Shown here: in pieces, positions 51,046 through 64,000 of the stretch | Numbering within the stretch: position 1 is the first letter of the stretch | Layout: every line of letters begins with the position of its first letter | NCBI GenBank assembly: GCA_951406725.2 | Contig: OX597816.1 | Coordinates: 94,984,001-95,048,000 of the forward strand | Reading direction: 5' to 3' | DNA from: Octopus vulgaris | Lineage: Eukaryota | Length of the DNA: 64,000 nt | Notes under the pieces: generated by a model | Seen by the model: the letters and a program-made list of their open reading frames with translations, nothing else | Told to the model about the DNA's origin: nothing | The model's database searches: none | Translations under genes and position numbers: made by a program

Positions 51046-52310
51046 TAGCAGCACTGTTATCTGTTAGCCAACAGTGATGACTTCTATTCCTGCAGTGTGC
51101 TTTGAGCAAGACAAGACAAAAACATTAGCAACATTAGCCCTACTTTCAATTTTATCACAATCATTCCAACCAGGACAAAAATACGAGAAAAAAAAAGAAA
51201 AAAAAATTTAAATTAGTTATCTCTCTCTTCCATATGTGTTTCCCAATTGCTTCTAGAAGAAAGCTACCAAGGGATATTCAATTGAATAAATCCAACTGTT
51301 TGACCACTATATTTCTTATATTAAGCTGGCTGCAGAAATGACAAGAATAGTTCATCAATGAAGAGAGCACCTTTATAAGGATTTGGATTCAGAATGTAAA
51401 AGGTATATATATACTAAATACAGTGAAACATTTAATTAATATTGTATTAATATATACTTTTTTGCATTTTTTGTTGGAAGAAAAGGCATTCTCCATGACC
51501 CTTTTCAGTGATTCTGAGACTGGTGATAGTGGGGGGAGGATAATATCCTCAATCCAGAAACCTATCATGAAAGCTTGCAACAAGTAGAACTCTACTAATG
51601 GGGTCCGGTATGCCAGGTGATTAAATTAGGCATTAGATTAAGGTGTTAAATTAGGCATTAGATTAAGACCACCCACCTATGTAGGCCATAGAAAGATTTG
51701 TACTTGAAACACAAAGAGCTGGAACAAATACCATAAGGCATCTGGTCTAACGTTCTTATACTTCTGCCTGTCCATCATCCTGGATTGGGACTTTCCTATT
51801 GACCCACACAAGGATAAAAAGCGAAGCTGTCCTTGTGGAATTTGAACTCAGAGCACAGAGAGGCAGAGCAAGTATGCAAGAGTTTAATCATCATCATCAT
51901 TTTAAATCCTCCTCCTCCTCCTCCTCCTCCTCCTCATCATCATCATCATCATCATCATCATTTTATGTCTGTTTTCTATGCTTGCATGGGTCAAATGATT
52001 TGACAAGAGTTGGTAAGTGAGAAGTGTGCTTTTTATGTGTTACCAGCACTGGTGAAGTGACCATGAAACTTATGAGACAAGACCCCTTAAATGAGTGAGT
52101 GAGTGGGAAATAGAATTACAGGAGCTAGGTGGTGAGAGGTTAGAGAATGAATAGCAGGACTGAAATAGGTGTAAGGGCTACCTCAGTAGGACAGAGAATA
52201 GATAGGAGATAGAAGAGTAGAGAAAATGGATAAAATGTGACAGGGAATGGGTTGTACATTCAAATTACTGCGAGGTGTATATAAGTGGAACCAAGGATTG
52301 GATTGGATTG

Positions 52311-52412
52311 GGTGAGTGGGTGGGTAAGTTTGAATGATTGCAAAAGGAGAGTGGGGATGGAAGGGAAGATCCTTAATATCTCTTTCTCATTTATAGTGCA
52401 CTCAGAACCACA
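52311..52412. repeat. ~100-bp dispersed repeat, second copy at 57787-57888
   Basis: GGGTGAGTGGGTGGGTAA.TTTG...GGAAGGGAAG..TAATATCTC..AGAACCACAT at both sites. Confidence 0.7.
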
Positions 52413-52419
52413 TGAGAAC

Positions 52420-54125
52420 AGAAGAAGATGCAACAGATCATCCAGCTGTTTCAAAGCAAGTGACAAAAAAGGCAGTGCTTGTGTTTGAATGATGTACAGC
52501 AAGTAGCCCTGACAGCAAAGTGTTCTAGAAATATGTGCATTCGAAATAGAGACTCACTCTCCAGTTGGCTCTCTTCACAATCTCCACACAGGTCGGATCA
52601 CTGATGACCTCAAGGAATGCACTGAGCTTATTGCTGAACGCTATGCTGGCTTTTTACGGCTGAAAATCTCAATGTGCCTTCTTCACCAACTCTGATATAA
52701 AATTCCGTAACATTTATGAAATTCACATCCACAATACTGCAACGCCACCTCAAGAATAAGTGCAACTATGCCTTTCCTGGTCTTGATTGTGTTACTTATT
52801 TCCTTCTCAAACACGGTAGGTTCTTTCTATTGCACCAGCTTTCTTCCTTTTTTCAAGTCTGCCTTAACTGTATCACTCCAGAGTACTGGAAAATTACCAG
52901 TGTCATTCCTCTGTTCAAAAAAGGTGATCACACATCACCTGTCAACTACCGTCTGGTCAACCTTACTAGCTGCATCACCAAACTGATGGAGTCCTGTGTC
53001 AGAGAAACACTCTGGAACTTTTGGAGCTCTCACAGCCTTATTCGACCCCCACAATTTGGTTTCATCCCTAACTCCAGCTGCTGTAGTCAACCCATCAAGT
53101 TTCTTGAGGACATCACTTGAGTTACTGATGGTGACTCATGGGTGGATACTGTCTACCTTGATTTTGCTAAGGAACTTCAACTCTGTGCCACACAAACAAC
53201 TCATGGTAAAACTCTCTGCAATGGGTGTGAAGGGCGATCTCTGTAACTGGAAGAAGTCCTTCATTCTTGGTTGGAAAGAGGTAGTTACAGTTCAGGGACA
53301 TCATTCTTCACCCTACGAGATGACTTCTATCACAAGGATCTGTTTTTGGACCCCTACTGTTTGTTGCATATATTAATGATATAGATACTAATTTGAGGAA
53401 TGTTGCAGTACTGAAATATGCAGATGACATCAAGCTATACCTCGAAATAAAAAGAACAGATGCTGTGTGCTATAGATCTTTCCTGCAATCAGACCTGGAT
53501 ACAATGTAACAATGGATCTGTGACTGACAATTCAAGCTAGCATCACCATGCATTTTGGGAGGAAAAAATCCAGCTTTTACATACTCCCTCAGCAACACCA
53601 ATCTCAAGAAGTCTTCTAGCAGATGTGAACTGGGTATTATTGTAAAACAATGATCTGCATTGGACAAACCACATCTCTAAGCTTGTCAAGAAGGCTGAGG
53701 GGGTGACAGCATCACTCACTAAGACCTTTGCCAGCTGCTCTCAATGGTACGTCCACACTTGGAATTTGCATCACCAGTCTGGATCTCCTATCTTGCTCAG
53801 CATATAAATCTCCTGGAAGCTGTTGAGAATGAATACCTGCTGTCAGACATCTACCATATTCTGAACGTCTTGCTTCCTTGAGCATGAGTATATTGAAGAT
53901 CAGATGTCTGGTAACTGACTTGGTCAACACCCACAAGATTACCGCCATCTTTCCAACAATAACCTTGGGCACTTTTTTGAATTCCATATGATAAACACTC
54001 ACTGACATGCTTATAAAATTAAAAAAAAACAACACAGTACCCATGACTTTCAGAAACATTTTTTCACATTGAGAATTGCTGAAGCATGGAATAAACTACC
54101 CGCACCAGTTGTTAGCTGTCGAGAC
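52420..54125 (+). mobile_element. CR1-like LINE, 5'-truncated and decayed RT
   Basis: WKITSVIPLFKKGDHTSPVNYRLVNLTSCITKLMES, QFGF, VDTVYLDFAK, KYADDIKLY (~53414), C-terminal FFTLRIAEAWNKLPAPVVS. Confidence 0.88.
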
Positions 54126-54799
54126 ATTATATATATATATATATATATAAATATATATATATACAAACACATATGTGTGTGTTGACTTTCTGTGCAACAT
54201 TTTATGGTTGTTAGTCAATGTAATGTCACACCCCACTTCTGTTCTCACTCACTGGTACCCAACACAATGTTCAATATTTGGTGCAAGACTTTCTCTCTTT
54301 CCTATCTATTTCTCTGTCCTTCTCCTCTCCCCTCTTCAGCACAAAACTTTCCCCATCTATTTCTATTTGCCTCTTTACTTATCTGCTGCCTTTCTCTCTT
54401 TATTGCCTTGCATTTCTCCCTCTGTCCATCTCTATTAACTACCTACTGTCTATCTTTATTCCCTTTTTTTTCTGCACCCTTTCTTTTTTCATACTTCCCC
54501 AACCTTCTCTACTCCACTCTGTTTCTCTTTCTTCATCTTTTGGTACCAAAAGACCATCCAATTTTTTATCACTCATCTTTTTTCTACTTGACCAGCGCAT
54601 AGGGAAAACGTATTTTGTTTCATCTCCTGCCTAGCACTCTCTTCAGACCCTAGTTTACCCTTTCACTTTTCATTCTTTTCTTTCCTTCTGTCTTTCTTCC
54701 CTTCTATCCCATCTTTCTATCCTTCTGACCCTTCTCATTTTACCTTTGGAACACAAGCACCACTATTTTCTTCCTTTTTTATTAGTTTCCGTCATGTAG

Positions 54800-57051
54800 T
54801 ATCCCACATTTTGAAATACTTGCTGATTGACTTTTCTGGGTTAATTTTTAATGCTGATTACGAATCTGAAGTCTGATTTCCTTTATCAGGTCACATTTCC
54901 ATGTTAATGATACCTGCTGTTTTAACTTATAGGATACGTAAAGCATGTCTATATAAAGTTTATTGAATAGAAGATATGATAATTTCATGGCTTTTTATTG
55001 TACAAAATTAAAATTATTGTGTACAAATAAGTTACAATACACTGAAAAGCATAACAACTTGAAATCTTTGGGATTTGGACTTTCTATGGTGTTTTGTCTC
55101 AGGTTCATCCTTGTATAACATCCAACAATAGTCAGTTAACATTCCTGCATTCCAAAATCCTTGATATCCTTGTTCCATCGATGCAATATCTTGAGGAAAG
55201 CATTCCCCTTGTTCATCAGACACTGCTCCAAGGTTCTCTGCAAAAAAGTCCAGATGGGAATCCAGGAAATGGACTTTTAGTAACATCTGACGGCCCATTG
55301 CAGTGTAGGAGTCTAGAAGACATTTTACTCCATTTCTAAACTCTAGAGATCTCTTGTTGCTTAGGAAATTTTCACAGAGCCATTTGAAGGATTCCCAGGC
55401 TCTAAGCTCAATCTCATCCAGTGCTGTGAGGAAGTGGTTGTCCTTCAGGAGTTCTTTTATCTGCGGACCTATGAATACACCCTTCTTCAGTTTTGCCTCA
55501 GTGATTTTTGGAAATTTGGCCTTCACATATTCAAAACCTTTTGAGCTTTTCCTGGCAAGTGTCTTCATGAATTGTTTCATGAGGCCAAGGTCTATGTGAA
55601 GAAGAGGAAGAACATTTTCTGGGTTTAAAAGTGGCTTACTCTGGACGCTAGAAACTCCCGGCTCATATGATTTTCGCAAAGGCCACTCTGATTGCACATA
55701 GTGCTTGTTAGTTGTACAACTGTCCCATAGGCATAGAAAGCAACAATATTTTGTGAACCCAGATTGCATTCCCATCAACATTCCAATCACCTTCAAGTCT
55801 CCACATATTTTCCAGCTGTAGTTTGTATACTTTATGGTATATGAAGAGTACTTGCATGTTTTCATAACACTCCTTCATGTGCACTGAATGTTCTATGGGA
55901 ATGGATGGTTTCTTATAGCTGTTGTGTAGTAGTACTGCCTTGAAGCTTCTCTTAGGTGAATCAATGAACAAGCGCCATTCAGCTGGAACTTGCTCTTAGA
56001 ACAAACCGTGAAATAACTCATCAGTGTTATTACTGAAACAAAGTGGTCCATCAACAGAGAAGCATGAAGTCAAATCCCTATTTCTCTTCCTGAAACGAGT
56101 AATACAAACATCTTTCTTAAGCAGACACTTTTCTTGTAGGCAAGATGCTAATAGTTCAGCTTTATTCCTGCGACAATGACAAGTCTCTAACTAAATCATT
56201 TAACTCTCCTTGAGAAAATTTCTGTGGTACGTCTTCATTTTCAATCATGAAATCTGCCTCCACTTCAGTGTCTTCCACAGCAGTAGTATTTTCTTCAAGA
56301 AATACATCTCCGTCAGACATCTGAAGGCCACTTTCTGGTTGTATTGGAATAGGAAGATCATCATCGTTGTGTGGTACTGGTCTTCTTGCTGATTTCAAAT
56401 TGGGATACACAATCTTATGCTTGGTCTTTTACAGTAAACCCACATGCATTAACATTGCAGAAATAACAGTCCATGAAATGATCCTTTGGCTCTCTCCATG
56501 TCATAGGTATTGCAAACAGCATTGCTCTCTTCCTGTTATTTAACCAATCCCTTAGTCCATTTGAACAAGCTGAGCAGATGATGTGTGGGGCTCAACTCTT
56601 ATCTTGATCCCCCGAGAGAGCAGCCAAAGTATATCTGGCAGATTTTGATTTCGCTTGTGATGGCACATTGCTAAGCTTTGGTAGTAAATGAACCACAGAC
56701 ATGACAAAATATATCAGGACTGTTCTTGCAATGCCTTGACATCCTGAGTAGAATTTGATGAAGATGATGACTTGGCACCTTAAACAGAAAGTAAAATTTA
56801 TGAAAAGAAAAGATTATGAAAACGTAAAGTTACAAAATTAATACAAATAGTTATAAAACAGAAATCAGAATTTACCTGTATAGGACATTTACGTGTAGCG
56901 ATACTGCTGATGGGAGTTATATACCTCTCTTATCTCATTAGAAAAACTGTGCCTGATAGAAGGAAACCTATTACATTTTTGAAATCTACAGACAAAACTA
57001 CACATAAAACACCATATAATATCCCTGATGAAAATTGGCTGTTGACCAGTG
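54800..57051 (-). mobile_element. Chapaev3-like (CMC) DNA transposon, near full length, transposase pseudogene 56742->55032
   Basis: 5' end CACTGGTCAACAG at 57051; N-terminus MSRHCKNSPDIFCHVCG..GDQDKS*APHIICSAC..WREPKDHFMDCYFC..YPNLKSARRPVPH; core WKICGDLKVIGMLMGMQSGFTKYCCFLCLWDS..HFLDSHLDFFAENLGAVSDEQGE; subterminal inverted match TTTCCTTTATCAGGTCAC (54877) vs GTGCCTGATAGAAGGAAA (56949). Family name is from recall; left boundary approximate. Confidence 0.8.
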
Positions 57052-58445
57052 TTATTATACCTGCATTTGTTTTAATGTTAACATTGATAACATCCAAATT
57101 TTTCATAAAAAAAGTTTAGACCTGGGTTTGCACCCACTAAGGAAATTTTGTTGCTGAACCACTGCAAATGGATGCTAAAATGATATTGCTGCTGCTGCTG
57201 ATGTTTGGAGATGAAATCATTAAAATATTTCCATCTTCACTATGTTTCAGCTGTTTTATCTCAGAACATCATCAAGTGTCTTATTCATGGGTATGCACAT
57301 AGCACCTGACTGAATTTGAACAAATAACATTTTTCTTCATCTTACACCACTGTTTCCACAATTTCTCTGACTACTACATTGAAACAGACATAACACAAAT
57401 GGTTGATGCTTAAGTTTACTCATTATTCAAGCCTGAGAATCTGTTAAAATATAGTTCTTAAAATTCCTGTCACGTTTACTAAACCACTTGCATTTTAGTG
57501 TGACAGAATAATGAAAAAATGGTACTAAATTCCTGTGTAAACTTTTATATTTTTCTCAACTGGAATTAAATTAACTCTAATTAATGAATCAGAATTGATC
57601 TATTGTTTTTATAACAACGTTTTTAAGCCATCACAATCTTTAGCAGTAAATCATGATAATCACTAGTAGCATCAACAGCAGCATCAGCATCAGAAGCAAC
57701 AGCAACAACAGCAACAGTACCCCCACCACTGCCACTTCTGCTGCTGCTGCTGCTGCCACCACCATCACCACCACAGTCAGGTTAGGGGTGAGTGGGTGGG
57801 TAAATTTGCAAGATTGTGAGAGGAGAGGAAGGTGGAAGGGAAGCCGACTAATATCTCCTTCCCACATATAATGCTCTGAGAACCACATTATATAATATAA
57901 TCATTTTTTCTAAGATGATTTGGTGTGGATTGAGAAAGATTTGACTAATATTTTTGGTAGGTTAGGAATATTATTCTGGTTAAGTCTCTTAGAGATTAAG
58001 CCCCTGGAGGATGGATATTTATTTACTCTTTTTCTTAAAAAGAAATAGTCTAATATAAACTATGGTATATGAAATATACCAAAAAGTCATGTCTGGAACA
58101 TCCTTGATCATAGGTCTGCTGTATCTAGAGACATATGAACAAAAATTACATTATTCTTTCTACTTTGTCTCATTTTCAAACTCAGCTTTTCTACTTGTGT
58201 TCAATGTAAAGCCAAGGAATTGGTACTTGCCAATTATGAGTTTGAATCCAGATTTTCTGAATTTGACAACTATCTTAGCTTATCCTAGAATGATAACTTG
58301 ATAACCAGATTAATTCAAGAATAAAAGCAGCAACTGATCCTAGTACAAATTATTAGCAGTTGTCTTAAAGTTGCTATAACTGTTTGTTGGCCCATCAATA
58401 ATAGTTTAACCATTTTGATACCAGGCCATTTGAGACTTCCTGTCG

Positions 58446-59607
58446 TTGGGTTGGTGAAGAAGTCTATTCAGTTTTAGTCAACATTAATCTTCAAGGACTT
58501 TAATAAGTAACTAATTCCATCTAGTCTGTCCCTTTTGCTTGTACACTTGTTAGATACTTGGTATTTCAATGTAGTTCAATGCAAACTTGTGACAAGACAG
58601 GTTGTATTTTATGTGCTTGGTATCATCCTGAAAATGGAGATCCAAAACGAACATTATCATGCCTTTTTATTTTATTTTAAAATGGCAAGAAAGTAGTGGA
58701 AACCTGCAAGAAGATATGAGCAGGGAAATTCTTCAGTTCAAGTTGCACCTCACTCTGGCTGGCCAACTGAGATTAATAGCAACAACATGAAGTCAGTCAG
58801 CACCAATCCCTGTTAAACAACTAGGATGGTCGCTGATACTCTCCACATATCCAAATCAAGTGTTGATAACCTTCTGCATCAGCAGGTTCAATGTTTGGGT
58901 CCCACATCAACTGAATGAAGCTAACTTCAAACAATGGATTTCCATTTACAATTCATTGCAGAAACATTGAAGAAAATGATTCTTTTTTTTAAGAGAATAC
59001 TGACAGGGGATGAAAAGTGGATCGTTTATAACGATGTGAAATGCAAACAATCATGGAGGATGCATGGAGAATCACTACAAACAACCTTCAAAGCAGGACT
59101 TCACTTGAAGAAAGTTATGCTTTCGATTTAAGGGGCTGGAAAAGTGTTGTCTTTTATGAGCTTCTCCCCATGGACAGGACCATCAATTCAGATGTGTACA
59201 GTGGCTAGTTGGATAATTTAAATGCAACGATTCACCAGAAGCATTCTGCACTTACTGATTGTAAGAGCATTGTCTTTCATCATGTTAATGCCAGACCACA
59301 CACTTCTTTGCAGACATGGTAGAAGTTGCTGGGGCTTGACTGTAAAGTTTTACTGCACTCTCTATATTTACCCAACCTTTCACCTTCAGATTTTCACCTC
59401 TCCATTGAATGTCCAGACCTTCAACACTGAAGAAGAATAATAAAGACAGAGAATTCTTTGAACAGGAAATAATGGATTTGCTCACAATATGGCAGAAGAC
59501 ATCGAAAGAAAACAGTAATAATACCATTGACTGAATAAATCACTTTGTGTTTAAAACTTGTGTCATATTTTTGTTCAAAAGAACTGAAGACTTTTTGGTT
59601 AAGCAAA
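58446..59607 (+). mobile_element. Decayed near-full-length mariner transposon
   Basis: TIR-like TTGGGTTGGTGAAGAAGTC and GACTTTTTGGTTAAGCAAA; MEIQNEH start at 58634, VWVPHQL, ILTGDEKWIVYND, KAGLHLKKVMLSI, YLPNLSPSDF (YSPDLAPSD equivalent). Confidence 0.9.
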
Positions 59608-62511
59608 TATAATGCAATAATTCTTGCTTAAAACAAATGTTGTTTAAATTAAAAACTTATAATCTTTATGTAAGAACCTGTTATCAAGTTATGTACCAAC
59701 CTTCATTTTTATAACAAAAATATAAGAGATTTTTGTAAATCTTCCAGTTTTAATTATTTTCAAAATTAATTGAAGCACATACACAATATATTTCATTAAA
59801 AATACAGGCTTAAAAGGGTTTAAATTCTGCCTAAACAGTGTCTTGGTAAAAATCCTGTTTTAAGATTATTAATCTTATTCAGAGTAGAGACTTGTTTTCT
59901 CACTTTGCAAATGTTCTTCTCTATGCTTTGCATGCACTTGAACTTTGCGATCAGTGTCAGAAAAAAAGTTAGCTGGTACATGAAAATTTAATTGGAATTG
60001 TTTTGAAACATGGCTGCATATTTTGTATTCACTGTGCATCTTTAAAATAACAGGGAAACCCCGTGTAAAATTGTCAAAACATTTTAAGCATTAGCAAGGA
60101 CTCATTTCAGAAATTAACAGCAATCTGATGAGCCAGCAACATTAATAAAATCATTTTTATTTCATTTTTGGCACCACATGTATGTTACATTAAATAGTTA
60201 TCACCATCAATCACCACCCCATCATCATCATCATCATCATCATTTTGTTTTGGCATCATTGTTGCTATTATTATTGTTCTCTTCTTTTTCTGTATGTTGG
60301 TTATTATAATGAAAATGATCAGTATCAAGATAGTGATGAAAATTTACATGCAGCAACAACAGGTGCAACATTTTCATTGATTGAGTGGTAAGAGATGTTG
60401 ATAAATATGACGATGGTGATGATGATGATAGTGGTTGTGAGGAGGAGGATAACACTAAAATGTGGTGGATGAAAATAATGATTGTTTTTAGGAAGAGAGC
60501 TGATTAAACTGATACCAGTGTGTGACTGACACTTATTTAATGAACACCCACCAACAAAAAGATGAAAGACCAAATTGATCTTGATGAAAACTGAATGTAG
60601 AACATAAGGATTACTATTTCAACCTATGAGTATCACTAATGAGTAAAATGCTTTTAGGAACATCTACAGCTTCCCAAAACCTGTTAGGGACATACACAGT
60701 CACTAGACTGAACACCCTGTTCATCTTGCACATCTACAACAGCAACACCCATTACACTCTCTAACTGCCAACTCCAACATATATCATAATGCAAACAGGT
60801 TACACTGGCAACCAACACCTTAACAACTGTTACATACCTATATAAGCAGGTTGAAAGAGAAAAACGCAGGTTAAAATTATGTTAAATAACTTTGGTACTA
60901 CCCACTTTGTATAACTGATATGCATTAATTTTGACCATTTTACCTTCAAAGGATTGGAGCTAACAGCACAGAAGAACTGATTGAAGTTGTAAAGAAATAT
61001 ATATTTACCATTACTTAATATAATGCCATACCTCAACGGGCAGGTGAGATATAATTGAAAGAGCATGCGAGGTTAAGAAAGTTAATTTCAGCCTGTATGT
61101 GTACACGTAATCCATAGATAGTGATAGAATGATTTTGTAAGAAAAAAGAAATCAAGCAAGTGAAAGTTATAGAGTCGAGGGAAGTTGTGTCTCATAGTCG
61201 CTGATTGTAACTTTCTCTTTCCTTCTGGCCATTTGGTCTCAAGTAGCTGCATGCTTGTGTCCATGACTCTAGTTGTCCGTTCACTAACTGATGGTCACAC
61301 TCACTAACTGATTTTGCCTTACCAAATTCTAGTATTTATAACTATCCAAAATCAGCTAGAAGGATAGACATATTGTTGAGAGCAATAGATTTCGTTGGTG
61401 GTACCTGTTATCTCAATTCTAACTTTTGGTGGCCTAGAAGAGGTTAGAAGGGTCAAGTGGCAAAGACATTATTCTGCTAAGCAAAGGCATTTGGCAAATG
61501 TAACTGTTGTCACTCACAGAAAAACTATTGTTTTACTGTGAGAAAAGTGCTGTTGAACTTATTAAGTGAACTTTGGCGATTGAGGATTGAATCCACTCTA
61601 TGCCTGCATGAAGCCACTACAGGCATTTCATCAATACTAGTTTCTAACATAACACAAGACTATATACATTATAGGAGAATTTTCAATCACATTGGAAAGA
61701 TAAAAAAACAAACAAACAAAAAATAATGATTGAAATGAGAAATAAAGGAAGCTTCTATAACTTTTATATTTCAGATGCAAAGACCTATCTCCAGAACAAA
61801 ATAGTTAAAGAAAAATGTATTTGCATAGATCTTGTGATTTTGGATCACCCATGTTATTCTGAAGATAGCCATTTATGCCTGAGTTTCTAAAACTTTCTGC
61901 AATGTTAGGAGGCCTTCTTTATTTCTCATTTCATTAAGTTTTCTACTTCTGTACCACAATGCTTCAAGCAAGCTACAATGTACTTCAAAAAAATAAATAA
62001 AAAAATAAAACCAGTATTTGTAGGATTTGAACTCAGAATGGAAAAGAACTGAACTAATTAACTCAAAGTATTTTATGTAGCAATCTGTCATCCACCACCA
62101 TCTGGTGCTGCACTAATTTAATGTTTGCAGGTATAAATGCTGGAATAGAAATTAAAACTAGTCTCTTATCATCATAGTTAGGCCCCAATAATGACAAATA
62201 TGGTGGATATAGAAGTAGGAAAAGGAGGGAGAAGAAAAGGGGGAAAGAGAGAGAGAGGGGGAGAGAGAGAGTGGTGGTGAAGGAAGTAGTTAAAAGTGAT
62301 TGAGAGAGAGAGACAGGAAAATTGATTGCCAAACAGAGTAAAAATGAGGGAAAATATTTGCTGAAATTATGTTTAATTATGGACATATGTAAATGATTTC
62401 CCTTCAAAATTGATTTTGTTGTCAATATATATGCACATAGAAACACATCTGAATGCAAACTTAATTGATATAAAATTCATGAACAATGACACATATAGAC
62501 ACACATGCACC

Positions 62512-62569
<58 letters not shown>

Positions 62570-62858
62570 AATTAATGTTTGCAGGGAAAGGGTTGACAGT
62601 CACTGTGAAGATTCGGCTTAGTACCTGTCATCAGACTGTAAGCCAAAACTTTGAGGTCACTGTTAAATTTTCCCTTGTAAAAATTAATATGTACTCTACT
62701 AAAAAAGTTATTGGGCAGTTCTTCAATTTAATGTTGAATTGCTTTTATCTATAAATTTACTCTCTCTCTCTCTCTGTATGCTAGCATGGAAAAATGGGCA
62801 TAAAATGATGATGATGATGATGATGATGATAATGATATATATATATATATATACGTAT

Positions 62859-63200
62859 AAAGGTAAAGACTCCCTTCATTCATGAATGACCATGGGATTG
62901 AACCTAAAAAGTTACCCTACGAAGCACAAGTCTGGGCAAGGATGTTTATGGAAGACCAGCAGTTGTCCATGCATACCAGCCACCCTTTTCCATGCCACTG
63001 ATGTTATCCAAGGGAAAAACAAATGTTGATGCTGATATGGCTCGGCACCAGTGATGTCCACTCATTTCTAAAGCTGAGTGAACTGGAGCAAGGTGAAATA
63101 AAGCGTCTTGCTGAAGAACACAACACACAGCCTGGTCTTGGAATTGAACTCACTATCTCATGATTGTAAACCCAGCGCTCTAACCACTGAGCCATGCACT
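62859..63200 (-). mobile_element. tRNA-derived SINE family D, full length
   Basis: Minus-strand head AGTGCATGGCTCAGTGGTTAGAGCGCTGGG...GAGTTCAATTCC (A/B boxes), body GTGTTGTGTTCTTCAGCAAGACGCTTTATTTCACCTTGCTCCAGTTCACTCAGC, tail TTTACCTTT. Confidence 0.88.
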
Positions 63201-63475
63201 TTCAATAATGCAAACACACACACACGCGTGCATAATATATATTATTATAAACATGATTAAACTTAGAACCACTGAGTGAGTTGGTATTCTACAGAAAATA
63301 AAGAAAATATTGAACATAGAATAGCTGTGAAGTAACTAGCAAGCCGCTAAAGAGAACCAGCTAAGGACTCTATACCTTTAAGCCAAGTAACCCCTAACAA
63401 CAAATGCTGTCATTTTATTGCATTAAAAATTAGCTTTTGGAATGTAAGAAAATTTTTTCATTAAGAAACTTAGAA

Positions 63476-63524
63476 GCACTGAATGATTTGGTGTTCTATA
63501 GAAAATGAAGGAAACCTTGTATGC
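63476..63524 (+). ncRNA. Degenerate hammerhead-like motif
   Basis: GCA-CUGAAUGA-(~24 nt)-GAA-ACCUUGU-A-UGC; one extra core nucleotide, poorly formed stem II. Confidence 0.3.
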
Positions 63525-64000
63525 AGAATAACTGTGAAAACAGCTTTGAAGATCAGGTAAATACCCTAATAAGATGGAAAAGTGACCAGAAAGCTGCTAC
63601 AGAAAATTGAACTTTATACCTCTGATATTCTGGTTGAGCACTCTTTACTATTAAGGTAAGCAACCATGGTAGAGGGTTTGATTCTCTGTAGTGACTTGTT
63701 GGCAACTTTTTCCATATTGTGAGGGGATATGCTCGATTGTCTAAGCTGTTTTCCCACCTATTCTGCATTCGAGATTTCTTTTATTTTATGTAGAATGTGT
63801 GTATCTCATAGTGTATCCAAAAATTACTATCCTCACCAAGTAGGCTTGGTGAAGTTACCAGTTTAGTTGCCAATGACTCAACCATGCAACATGTTGCACT
63901 GAGTTCCATGTTATCAGTAGCATTCTAGAGAGACTTAACATAACACATACGCGTGCGCACACACACACACATGCACGTATACACACACACATGCACACAC

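Noticed and set aside
51620-51668. 25-bp tandem duplication TTAAATTAGGCATTAGATTAAG
   Set aside because: Simple local slippage duplication with no further structure
24320-60140. Other isolated CTGATGA heptamers (e.g. 24327, 35052, 57025, 60125)
   Set aside because: No matching GAAA, stems or NUH site; expected by chance
60952-61046. Possible small exon (AG|GATTGGAGC... / CAG|GTGAGA)
   Set aside because: Splice-like signals occur by chance in AT-rich DNA; no recognisable peptide
63130-63200. tRNA gene
   Set aside because: A/B-box-like head continues into a SINE body; no full cloverleaf, so it is a tRNA-derived SINE head (same for families A and B)

Overview
AT-rich, repeat-saturated eukaryotic DNA. 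The tRNA-derived SINE families, RTE LINEs and dense microsatellites match what I recognise from Octopus (coleoid cephalopod) genomes; this assignment is an inference. I find no convincing host exon, so the window is intergenic or lies in a large intron, and most listed ORFs are microsatellite artefacts. It holds at least 4 SINE families, a near-full-length decayed RTE LINE (37.9-41.0 kb), CR1, R4/Dong and RTE fragments, several mariner remnants and a mariner MITE, hAT-Charlie pieces, a near-complete Chapaev3-like transposon (54.8-57.05 kb) and a non-autonomous Helitron. The main signal missed by the ORF track is a set of minimal type I hammerhead ribozyme (HHR) motifs. One has a fully canonical core (33723-33765), two face opposite ways in the arms of a 300-bp palindrome (33359-33660), and further variants lie at 26.2, 43.7 and 63.5 kb. 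Most sit in short non-coding units that are inverted-repeated and/or (TA)n-flanked, resembling Penelope-like pLTR or retrozyme remnants. Three other repeat ends with little sequence similarity share a 'hairpin carrying (G)AAA + 7-nt linker + CUGANGA' layout that may be a permuted or undescribed ribozyme-like RNA. One SINE subfamily is followed by GGT(A) at every readable 3' junction.
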